33,938 nt of DNA from Candidatus Woesearchaeota archaeon (lineage in GTDB: Archaea > Nanobdellota > Nanobdellia > Woesearchaeales > JACPBO01), in the NCBI GenBank assembly GCA_016180285.1, contig JACPBO010000006.1, positions 1 through 33,938 of the forward strand. The letters run 5' to 3'. Shown one piece after another: positions 7,780-16,204 of this stretch. The notes under the pieces were generated by a model, which was not told the DNA's origin, made no database searches, and saw nothing but the letters and a program-made list of their open reading frames with translations. Numbering within the stretch: position 1 is the first letter of the stretch; each line of letters starts with the position of its first letter. Made by a program: the position numbers and the translations under genes.

Positions 7780-8753
7780 ACTAATCCCTCCACTATCCAT
7801 TCTTTTGGAATTTGAGATACTTTTTCCTTTCCGTTAGGTTGATAAACGGGTTTACCAAGGGGCCTCTTTCTTAAGTTCCCTTCATAAAGTTCATTAATTC
7901 TACTAATGCCTATGTCTATATATTCTTTTTCCTTTTCAACTCCTGCAGCTTTTCTATCATGTATCAATGCGGCCAGAAGTGCACTACTCACACCCGCATA
8001 AGGATCGAAAACCCAATCCTCTTTATTAGTTAAAGCTAGTATGCATCTCTCGACAAGTTCTATTGGGAATTGACAAGGATGAATCGTTTTTTCAGGATGT
8101 TGTGCTTTGACATTCGGGATATCCCAAAGTAGTTCTTCCCAGTCATTTTTTAACGCTTCCCAAAAATCTGAAGGATTCTTTCCAAGAGGATTACCAGAAG
8201 GTTTTCCCTTGTTTATTCCTTTCCAGTTTCGTTTTCCAGGATATTTTGATGGAACCCTTATATCATCTAAGTTAAAAGTATATTTATTTGATTTTGTAAA
8301 CCAGAGGATTGATTCATATCTACCGGACAATCTCCTATGTGCGTGTAACCCATGACCAAAGTGCCATATTATTCGATTTCGTAATTTTAGACCATTATCT
8401 TTGAATAAGCCATAATAATATATGTCCAGTGGAAACACTTCTCCATTTTCAACATAATTTCCAACTTCCCAACATATACTTCCATCATTTTTCAAAACTC
8501 TCACTAGCTCCTTAATAATATTCTCTTGGACTTGGAGATATTTCATTAATTCCGTTCTTTGTTCGTACACTTTTCCAATATTATAGGGAGGAGAACTTAT
8601 TATTAACTTGAACGTATTATCAGGAATAGTTTTTAAGAATTCAAGCGTATCTCCATGATGTAATACTATCTTTTCTGAATCTAAAAATAGTTTAGATATT
8701 TTAGGATGGCTATTTTGTTCTTCTATTAATCTTGACTGCACCATTTTATACAC
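7776..8753 (-). CDS. Beta-class amino (probably N4-cytosine) DNA methyltransferase
   Basis: SSPPYN motif IV precedes HPCQFP and the DPYAG SAM-binding motif. Paired with the endonuclease. Confidence 0.92.
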   Translation of the reverse strand: MYKMVQSRLIEEQNSHPKISKLFLDSEKIVLHHGDTLEFLKTIPDNTFKLIISSPPYNIGKVYEQRTELMKYLQVQENIIKELVRVLKNDGSICWEVGNYVENGEVFPLDIYYYGLFKDNGLKLRNRIIWHFGHGLHAHRRLSGRYESILWFTKSNKYTFNLDDIRVPSKYPGKRNWKGINKGKPSGNPLGKNPSDFWEALKNDWEELLWDIPNVKAQHPEKTIHPCQFPIELVERCILALTNKEDWVFDPYAGVSSALLAALIHDRKAAGVEKEKEYIDIGISRINELYEGNLRKRPLGKPVYQPNGKEKVSQIPKEWIVEGLV

Positions 8754-8861
8754 CTACTATTCTAGTTTATTACATTTAATATAAAAAAGTTCCTATTATT
8801 TTCTTTTTGCTCCACTATGTAATGTAAAAGAGCTTAACATTGATCGCATACATTAACATAC

Positions 8862-9974
8862 TCATATCTCCACCACAACCTCCCCTTTTGCTTCATTGAT
8901 CTCTTTTATGATCTTGTTCCCTTTGGCCTTTTCCATGATCTCTTTCCAGGAATACTTTTCCCTTGCCTTGATCATTGCTTCAAGGATATCTTTCACCTTT
9001 TGGTAATTCTCATAAATGAACTCGCCTTTTTTCTGGTTTTCCTCAGCCTCTTTTTCAAGCTCTTTGACCTGCTCTTCCTGCTTCTGTATTAAAGTATTCA
9101 ATTTTTCCATTTCCCTGCTCTTTTTTGACGGCTTTATGGACTCTGTAATGAGGCCTTTTGTTATAACAGAGTCAATTGCTTCATTAAAGGCATTAACTTG
9201 CTTATGCTCGAAATCCCTGTATTTTTCAAGGTCAAAAGGAACAATGTCAACAGGCATATCATCTTTATAGATTATTCTTGGCTCTGATTTTCTGGAAAAT
9301 AGCTTCTTAAAATTTGAAAATAGCGCTTTCATCTCATTTTCACTTAATTCTTTCTTGTTTTTATCAATTTTAGACAATATGAGGATCTCTTCAGAAAACA
9401 AGCCGCCCAAGCCAATGTCTGCTGCAAGCGTTTTGACAATGTCTTTCTCAGATTTTTTAACAATCTCTTTAAAACTTTCAAAGCTCAAATCAAAAAAATC
9501 CTTTATATTCTTTGGAAATTCGTATTTCACGCCGTGCTTCAAGACCCTGTCTTTAAACTCCCGGTTTTCAAGGACAGAGAGAATATTGTAATTTTCATCG
9601 CAGATTATTATATTTCCTTTGCTGAACAGTTCAACAATCAAGATTATTTTTCCTTCCTTTGCTTCAAACATAAATTCCAGAATCCTTTCTGAATTCTTCT
9701 GTTTTATCACCTTTAACTTGGCGTTTTCAAGCCTTTTTCTTAAGAACTGGCAGAATCCGCTTATCTTCTCAGGATTTTCTTTTTTCTCATCAGTCAGGTA
9801 AATGAAATGCGGCAGCAAAATCCTTAATATCTTCCTTCCAAGCGATGGAACATGGAACTGCAGTATTACTTCATTGCTGTCAGGATGGTAGATCTGGTCT
9901 ATTCTGCCATTTATTAAAACATCAAACTCTTCAGCCAGATAATGCAGCTCCAAGGCAGATAATTCTGTTTTCAT
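8862..9974 (-). CDS. rqcH: Rqc2/RqcH (NFACT/FbpA) homologue, N-terminal part only
   Basis: GRIDQIY, GFCQFLRKRL, ERILEF, VELFSKGNIII and HhH GLGGLFSEEIL, then a coiled coil to KGEFIYENY. No NFACT-R domain is visible. Confidence 0.82.
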   Translation of the reverse strand: MKTELSALELHYLAEEFDVLINGRIDQIYHPDSNEVILQFHVPSLGRKILRILLPHFIYLTDEKKENPEKISGFCQFLRKRLENAKLKVIKQKNSERILEFMFEAKEGKIILIVELFSKGNIIICDENYNILSVLENREFKDRVLKHGVKYEFPKNIKDFFDLSFESFKEIVKKSEKDIVKTLAADIGLGGLFSEEILILSKIDKNKKELSENEMKALFSNFKKLFSRKSEPRIIYKDDMPVDIVPFDLEKYRDFEHKQVNAFNEAIDSVITKGLITESIKPSKKSREMEKLNTLIQKQEEQVKELEKEAEENQKKGEFIYENYQKVKDILEAMIKAREKYSWKEIMEKAKGNKIIKEINEAKGEVVVEI

Positions 9975-10028
9975 GGTTTTTTATACACCTATGTGCGCTT
10001 AAGCTCTTTTATTAGTTCTATTTTTCTC

Positions 10029-10080
10029 ACTTTCAAATCACCATAGTTATCATTTATGATAACCATATACTATTGAAAGT
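10029..10080. promoter_or_regulatory. Nested inverted repeat upstream of rqcH (putative operator)
   Basis: GTTATCAT-TT-ATGATAAC (10046-10063) sits inside ACTTTCAA/TTGAAAGT, next to a minus-strand GAAAGAGATTTATATA promoter-like motif. Confidence 0.5.
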
Positions 10081-10214
10081 ATATAAATCTCTTTCGGTTT
10101 GTTCTAAAAGTGACCAGAGTAAATTATCAAATCAGGTATTATGCAGGTTAAAATTTTTACTATTAAAATATATGTTTTATCTTTTTATAGTAATAAAATC
10201 GTAAGATTTAAATA

Positions 10215-10814
10215 ATGCATGAGGATTTTATATTTTGTGATGATAGGGTGTTAGATGAACTCAATAAGCTTGCAGAATATACTAAATATGTTAGTGACGC
10301 ATATAGTCGAATTTGTGAACTTCTAGATACTGAATCTCGCTGGTTAAGAGAAGATACGCGCAAAAAATATCGAAGTGAATTTTTAACAAATGATCTTAGC
10401 TTCTTAAACAATGTTTTAGACATAATCCCGCGAAATAAAAAAAGTGATGTTTCTGACATTGTATTGTCTTTGTTTGAAAAATCACTTGATATTGCAGAAA
10501 AATCTGAAATGTTAGCAATCAACAATGAAAAAAAGGGAAGTGGTTCTGCATTAATAGCTGCTTGGAAAATACTCCCTGGAGAAGAGGATCTATACCTCGT
10601 TATTCGATCTGAGGGCAGTTACATTAATAATTGCTTTTATGGTGGACGAAATCCAACTACATACTTGGTTAAAGGAGCTATTGAAGCATATTTTGATGAA
10701 ATGGAAGATACCGAGGTAGTTAATCAACAAATTTCATTAAAGGAGTTTGGAAAAAAGCATAAGGAATTGCATAGGGCTGAAACTGAAAAAATTGAAAACA
10801 ACAAGAAAAAATAA
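10215..10814 (+). CDS. Hypothetical protein
   Basis: 199-aa ORF filling the intergenic space; no recognised motif. Confidence 0.7.
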   Translation: MHEDFIFCDDRVLDELNKLAEYTKYVSDAYSRICELLDTESRWLREDTRKKYRSEFLTNDLSFLNNVLDIIPRNKKSDVSDIVLSLFEKSLDIAEKSEMLAINNEKKGSGSALIAAWKILPGEEDLYLVIRSEGSYINNCFYGGRNPTTYLVKGAIEAYFDEMEDTEVVNQQISLKEFGKKHKELHRAETEKIENNKKK

Positions 10815-10852
10815 GATGAAGTAGCTTATGCAAGACCATTATTAATCAACTA

Positions 10853-11839
10853 TTAACTCAATTCCATTATTATCTTCGCCAGCCTTTTGCTGTCGTGCCT
10901 CAGCAGATCACTTTTCTCCCAGAGTATTCTTTTCTTATCTGTTTTCTCGATTAGGTTTGCAAGAATGGGCGTTGCCTTTAATTTTTTGATTTCCTCAAGG
11001 TCATTCTCAACCATGAATGCATTTTCTTCGGCGTACAGGTCAAGAAGATCTTTAGAAGGAACGCCGTTATTCAGTACAGCATAATTCAGAACACTCTCGC
11101 CAAGGTATTTTATGATTGTTTTTATATGGTCGGATGCCTTAAAGCTGTCAGACTGGAATGGCTGGGTCATTATGTTGCAGATGTATATTTTTTTGGCTTT
11201 TGCTTTTTTAATCGCTTCTCGTATCCCATTTATTAGAAGATTTGTTACAATGCTTACATAAACGCTTCCTGGGCCTATAACAATCAAATCCGCCTCTTCA
11301 ATCGCCCTGACAGCCCCAGTATTTGCATTTATTCTGTCAGGCTTTAAAAAAACCCTTTTTATTTTTGCATCATTGTCTGTCTTTTGCTGCCTTCTTGTTA
11401 TATCGTCTTCCTGCTCTAAAATAGTTCCGTCTCCCAATTCAGCGCATATATGCACATCTTCAAGAGTCGATGGCAGAACTTTGCCCTTAATTTTCAATAT
11501 TTTGCTGGCTTCTTTTACTGCCTCTTCAAAACTGCCGGTTAATTTGCTCAATGCGGCTATGAACAAATTGCCAAAGCTGTGGCCTTCCAAGCACCCATTT
11601 TCAAAACGATACTGAAACAAGTCCTGCAGCAGTTTCTCTGACTCTGACAATGCAATCAAACAATTCCTTATGTCGCCTGGAGGCAGCACATTATAGTCTT
11701 TCCTTAAAGCGCCTGAGCTCCTGCCTGAGTCTGTCACAGTCACGATCGCTGTCAGTTCGCAATTATAGCTCTTCAAACCCTCAAGCACCATTGGCAGGCC
11801 TGTGCCGCCGCCTATCGCAACTATCTTTTTAGTTTTCAT
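10853..11839 (-). CDS. yvcK: YvcK/GlmR (UPF0052, CofD-like) UDP-GlcNAc-binding protein
   Basis: AIGGGTG, TVTDSGRSSG, PPGDIRNCL, GHSFGNL, GPGS, NIMTQP and LRHD motifs. Confidence 0.92.
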   Translation of the reverse strand: MKTKKIVAIGGGTGLPMVLEGLKSYNCELTAIVTVTDSGRSSGALRKDYNVLPPGDIRNCLIALSESEKLLQDLFQYRFENGCLEGHSFGNLFIAALSKLTGSFEEAVKEASKILKIKGKVLPSTLEDVHICAELGDGTILEQEDDITRRQQKTDNDAKIKRVFLKPDRINANTGAVRAIEEADLIVIGPGSVYVSIVTNLLINGIREAIKKAKAKKIYICNIMTQPFQSDSFKASDHIKTIIKYLGESVLNYAVLNNGVPSKDLLDLYAEENAFMVENDLEEIKKLKATPILANLIEKTDKKRILWEKSDLLRHDSKRLAKIIMELS

Positions 11840-13638
11840 TATTCCACTGTCACGCTTTTTGCCAGATTCCTCGGCTTGTCAATATCGCACCCCCTTATGT
11901 CTGCAATATAATATGCAAATAATTGCAGAGGAACAACATTCAATATCGGCTGCAATAATGCATTTGTTGAAGGGACTTCAATAAAATAGTCTGCAAGCTG
12001 CTTTGCCTCTTTTCCATCATTGCCGGTTATGGCTATAACAATGCCGCCTCTTGCCTTAACCTCCTCGATGTTTGATATTATCTTGGCATACGTATTGTCT
12101 TTTACAGCTATAAAAACAGCAGGCATGTTATTGTCAATCAGCGCTATCGGGCCGTGCTTCATCTCAGCTGCGCTCTGGCCTTCAGCATGGATATATGATA
12201 TTTCCTTCAGCTTCAATGCGCCTTCCATGGCGATAGGGTAATTTGCGCCTCTGCCAAGGTAAAGGAAATTATTCTTACAGCAATATTTCAATGCGCATTT
12301 TTTAATATCCTCATCGTCTAATATTTCTTTCATCATCAACGGGATTTTTTTCAGCTCTTCTGTTTTTTCCTTTAAATTTTCATTATTAATCAGGGCCAAT
12401 TTTTCAGAAAAATACAATGCCAATAAATAAAGAACAGTTAGCTGCGATGTGAACGCTTTTGTCGATGCAACGCCTATCTCCGGCCCTGCTCGCGTGTATA
12501 CCGCAATGTCAGATTCCCTTGCTATGGTTGATCCGACAACATTAACTATTGACAGGACAAAAGCCTTTTTTGATTTAGCTTCTCTTACTGCTCCAAGAGT
12601 GTCTGCTGTTTCCCCGCTCTGCGTTATCGCAATGACCAGTGTTTTTTCATCTATTATTGGATCTCTATACCTGAACTCAGAGGCATACTCAGTTTCAACA
12701 GGAATTTTCACCAATTCTTCAAATAAATATTCGCCAACCATTCCCGCATAAAGCGCTGTTCCGCATGCTGTAATGACAATCCTGCTGAAATTCCCGATAT
12801 CAAAATCCCTTAATTCATCAAAAACTACAGAATCCTGCCTGATCCTGCCCCTGAAGTTGTCCTCGATTATGCCTGGCTGCTCGCATATTTCCTTCAGCAT
12901 GAAATGCTCGTAATTTCCCTTCTGAGCCTGCTCAACATCCCACTCAATAATATCTATTTTTTTATTTATTTCCTTATTCGTTACAAAGTTCGTTATTTTT
13001 ACAGCTTTTCCCAATACAGCCATTTCATCGTCTTCCATGAATATGGCTTTTTTTGTATGCTCTAAAAAAGCAGTAACATCTGATGCAGCAAATAACTCGC
13101 CATCTCCAAGCCCGATGACCAAAGGGGAGCCTTTTCTTGCGCATATTATCTCATTGCAGCCTTTATTCAGAACAGCAACTGCAAATGTTCCTTCAAGCCT
13201 TGCAAGCGATCTTCTGACTGCTTCCTCGAAACCATTGTTTTTTAATTCATCCTCAATTAAGTGAGGTATAACTTCTGTGTCTGTTTGCGAAACGAATTTG
13301 TGCTTTTCTTCTAAAATGGCTTTTAGCTCATTATAATTCTCTATAATGCCGTTGTGGACAACAGCAATTGTCTTATCGCAGGATAAATGCGGATGCGCAT
13401 TCCTTTCATTAACACCGCCATGCGTCGCCCATCTTGTTTGTGCTATTGCTGTGCTGCATTTATTTAATTCGCCTGAAAAATCCCCTATTTTTCCAACTTT
13501 CTTCACAACTTCTATTCCTGCGTCGGATAATAAGGCTATGCCCCATGAATCATAGCCCCTGTACTCTAATTTTTTTAGCCCATTAACCACAACAGAAGCA
13601 GCATTCCCATTTCCTATGTAAGCCATTATTCCGCACAT
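11839..13638 (-). CDS. glmS: Glutamine--fructose-6-phosphate aminotransferase (isomerizing)
   Basis: MCGI, LEYRGYDS, TRWATHG, HNGIIEN, QSGETADT, VASTKAF, EMKHGP and C-terminal PRNLAKSVTVE. Confidence 0.98.
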   Translation of the reverse strand: MCGIMAYIGNGNAASVVVNGLKKLEYRGYDSWGIALLSDAGIEVVKKVGKIGDFSGELNKCSTAIAQTRWATHGGVNERNAHPHLSCDKTIAVVHNGIIENYNELKAILEEKHKFVSQTDTEVIPHLIEDELKNNGFEEAVRRSLARLEGTFAVAVLNKGCNEIICARKGSPLVIGLGDGELFAASDVTAFLEHTKKAIFMEDDEMAVLGKAVKITNFVTNKEINKKIDIIEWDVEQAQKGNYEHFMLKEICEQPGIIEDNFRGRIRQDSVVFDELRDFDIGNFSRIVITACGTALYAGMVGEYLFEELVKIPVETEYASEFRYRDPIIDEKTLVIAITQSGETADTLGAVREAKSKKAFVLSIVNVVGSTIARESDIAVYTRAGPEIGVASTKAFTSQLTVLYLLALYFSEKLALINNENLKEKTEELKKIPLMMKEILDDEDIKKCALKYCCKNNFLYLGRGANYPIAMEGALKLKEISYIHAEGQSAAEMKHGPIALIDNNMPAVFIAVKDNTYAKIISNIEEVKARGGIVIAITGNDGKEAKQLADYFIEVPSTNALLQPILNVVPLQLFAYYIADIRGCDIDKPRNLAKSVTVE

Positions 13639-14973
13639 TTAAATGATATCCTCTTTTACAATTTCTCCAGGCAATGTTGTTTTGCCACTCCATATCTTTC
13701 TTCCAGGGTAGATTGATGTGTTTATTCCTATGTGGACATCATTTCCGATTATTGCGCCAAGCTTTCTTCTTCCTGTATCGATCAGCTGGCCTTTTACCAT
13801 TGATTTTATATTTGAATTGTCGTGCCTCAGATTTGCAATTTTCGTTCCTGCCCCGAAATTAACATTCTCCCCGATTACAGAATCACCCACATAACTAAGA
13901 TGGGCAATATGCGTGTTATTGTATATTATAGAATTCTTGATCTCAACTGCGTTGCCTATTTTGCAGTTATCGCCTATGCTTGTTGATGCCCTAATATAAC
14001 AATTAGGGCCAATGACGCAGTTTTCTCCTATGACAACGGGGCCTTCAATATAAGCCCCATTCTTTATTATTGCGCCTTTTCCAACAATGACATTGCCTTT
14101 TATTGTTGCATTTTTTTCAATATCTCCTTCAATTTCGGATTTTTTAATTTTTGACAATAAAAACTCATTTGCCTTCAGCAAATCCCAGGGATAACCTATG
14201 GGAATCCAATACTGGGAGTTTATCGCTTTGAGATTTTCTTTTCTTGCCAGCTCATTGATTGCATCAGTCAGCTCATATTCGTTTCTTTCTGACTTTTTGA
14301 CCTGTTTTAATAATGAGAAAATTGCCTTGCTCAACAGATAACAGCCAACATTTGCCAATTTGGAAGGCGGACTGGCAGATTTTTCAACAATTCTTTTCAA
14401 ACAGCCTTTTTCCTCTTCTATCGATCCGAAATTCTCAGGCTTTTCAACCTCCTGCGCCAATAATGCATATTTTTCATTTGTCAAGAACCGCCCATCAGAG
14501 ATGGGTGAAATTTTGCTGCTGTTTACCGCACCAGGTGGTTCTTGATCATGCTCGGAAATTTTCTGCAATCTGGAATGTGATTGGCTTTCTGCCACCAGTT
14601 TTAAACCGGTGGAAAATTTCCGACATTTCAATTTCAACAAATCTTCCCTGAAAAACATGTCATCCCCTACGAGGACAATGAACCTTTCTTCTGCATATTT
14701 TTCTGCCTGCAGCAATGCATGGCCTGTTCCAAGCTGATCTTTCTGCTCAACATACCTTATTGTTATATTTTTGAATTTATTGCCGAATGCGGCTTTTATC
14801 ATTTCTGCCTTGAACCCGACAACTAGGATAGCTTCATCTATCATACCTTCCAGTTGCTCAAGATTATGCTCCAGAATGCTTTTATTTGCTATTTTAAGCA
14901 GGCTTTTCGGCATTGTAACTGTCAAAGGCCATGTTCTTGTTGAGCTTCCTGCTGCCAATATTATTGCTTGCAT
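13639..14973 (-). CDS. glmU: Archaeal bifunctional sugar-1-phosphate nucleotidylyltransferase/acetyltransferase, with a 49-aa insertion
   Basis: AIILAAG..TR..PK, EQ..LGTGHA, VEK, YPWDLL, hexapeptide repeats, HLSYVGDS and ANLRHD. Operonic with glmS. Confidence 0.93.
   Translation of the reverse strand: MQAIILAAGSSTRTWPLTVTMPKSLLKIANKSILEHNLEQLEGMIDEAILVVGFKAEMIKAAFGNKFKNITIRYVEQKDQLGTGHALLQAEKYAEERFIVLVGDDMFFREDLLKLKCRKFSTGLKLVAESQSHSRLQKISEHDQEPPGAVNSSKISPISDGRFLTNEKYALLAQEVEKPENFGSIEEEKGCLKRIVEKSASPPSKLANVGCYLLSKAIFSLLKQVKKSERNEYELTDAINELARKENLKAINSQYWIPIGYPWDLLKANEFLLSKIKKSEIEGDIEKNATIKGNVIVGKGAIIKNGAYIEGPVVIGENCVIGPNCYIRASTSIGDNCKIGNAVEIKNSIIYNNTHIAHLSYVGDSVIGENVNFGAGTKIANLRHDNSNIKSMVKGQLIDTGRRKLGAIIGNDVHIGINTSIYPGRKIWSGKTTLPGEIVKEDII
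14479..14625. mobile_element. 147-bp palindromic double-hairpin element inserted in frame in glmU
   Basis: TGTC...GACA termini. Hairpin A is TGTCAAGAACCGCC/GGTGGTTCTTGATCA and hairpin B is TGCTCGGAAATTTTC/GAAAATTTCCGACA. It spans exactly 49 codons, and removal restores DLLKLK|NEKYALLA. Confidence 0.85.
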
Positions 14974-15017
14974 TTTAAGTTGAAAATTTTGTTAATTGAA
15001 TGTGTTTTATTTTTGAC

Positions 15018-15131
15018 AAAATCCAGCCAACCATGGCAGGAGACGGTCAAAACCTCGCTTTGCTCGGTTTTGCCCTACTCGGCATCCCGTAGGGAGCAAC
15101 CCCTGCCTCGTCTCCGCCATGGCTGGATTTT
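15018..15131. repeat. ~110-bp structured palindromic element, copy 2
   Basis: AAAATCCAGCCA(ACCA)TGGC ... GCCATGGCTGGATTTT, with internal CAAAACC/GGTTTTG, the TACTCGG linker and TCCC-GTA-GGGA. Homologous to 4117-4226. Confidence 0.9.
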
Positions 15132-15212
15132 CGTTGTAAAGCATAGCGAAACAAAAAGCTTATATATAAGCATTGCTAAAATATTTATAGTAGTATTAAA
15201 AAATAATTTTTA

Positions 15213-16142
15213 GTGGATAATATGTTTGTTGTTGAAAAATCAAAAGGAGAAGTGGCATCTTTGCCTGCAAGGGAGCTGAGCTTTAGCCAGGTAAAGTCAT
15301 TAAGCTCGCAGCTGGCTCAAAAGATCGCCTTGGAAATATCAAAAAAGCCATCTTATGCAATGGAAATAGCCAAAAAATTAAAGGTTAATGAGCAGAAAGT
15401 CTATTATCACATCAGGAAGCTGGAAAAGGCAAGGATCATTGAAGTTTCAAGGACAGAGACAATACAGGGAGCATCTGCGAACATTTACAGTGTTGTAGAG
15501 CCTGCTTTTGTTATTAAGCTCAGGGAATTTCAGACAACGCAGAAGATTGCTTTTGAAAAGCAGCCAACTGAGTTCCTGGAGCCTTTTATCGAGGAAGGCC
15601 AGCTGAATGCCGTTATAATTGTCGGATCGCCTGATCCGCACGGCCCTGAAAAAGCAAGGTCAAGAGACGGCTATTACGGCATTGATTTGGCATTGTTTCT
15701 AGGGTCTTTTCTTAATTATCTGCCGGAGCTTAATGTGAAGCTTGATACTGAAGCAAGGGCAGAAGACCTTCAAAAAAACCTAATCATTATAGGCGGGCCT
15801 GTGGTGAATACTGTAACCGGCCAGCTGAATGAAAAGCTGCCAATAAGATTTGATAAGTCCAATAACTGGCGCATTGTTTCCTCGATTTCAGGCAAAAGCT
15901 ATCATTCAGATGAAACAGGAATCATTGAAAAGATCAAGAATCCGTTTAACAATAAAAAAAGCATTTTACTGGTAGCTGGAAAAAGGTACATGGGAACAAA
16001 GGCAGTGATGCTCGCTTTCATAAAGCACTTCAAGGAGATATGCGAAGGAAACAAGTTCAACAAGGAGATCAATGCAAAGGTTGTTGAAGGGATTGATCTG
16101 GATTCTGACGGGATTGTGGACGAAGTGGATGTTTTAGAGTGA
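15213..16142 (+). CDS. ArsR-like wHTH regulator with a C-terminal alpha/beta (S-layer-C-like) domain
   Basis: HTH segment PSYAMEIAKKLKVNEQKVYYHIRKLEKARII. C-terminal IIVGSPDPHGP, NLIIIGGPVVN and LLVAG motifs. Divergent from glmU. Start 15213 or 15222. Confidence 0.8.
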   Translation: MDNMFVVEKSKGEVASLPARELSFSQVKSLSSQLAQKIALEISKKPSYAMEIAKKLKVNEQKVYYHIRKLEKARIIEVSRTETIQGASANIYSVVEPAFVIKLREFQTTQKIAFEKQPTEFLEPFIEEGQLNAVIIVGSPDPHGPEKARSRDGYYGIDLALFLGSFLNYLPELNVKLDTEARAEDLQKNLIIIGGPVVNTVTGQLNEKLPIRFDKSNNWRIVSSISGKSYHSDETGIIEKIKNPFNNKKSILLVAGKRYMGTKAVMLAFIKHFKEICEGNKFNKEINAKVVEGIDLDSDGIVDEVDVLE

Positions 16143-16204
16143 TATAAATACGAACTAACTAATACATGATATAAATATTTAAATATGTAAAATTTATTTA
16201 AAAT

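Noticed and set aside
14479..14625. Intein interpretation of the GlmU insertion (it starts with Cys)
   Set aside because: It is only 49 aa, has no His-Asn end followed by Cys/Ser/Thr, and the DNA palindromes explain it better.
14974..15160. Canonical glmS ribozyme upstream of glmU-glmS
   Set aside because: I could not find the conserved glmS ribozyme core (AGCGCC...GACGAGG) on the minus strand.
14968..15213. 81-aa plus-strand ORF across element copy 2
   Set aside because: It spans the repeat and the divergent promoters, has no protein features, and is not conserved in frame with copy 1.
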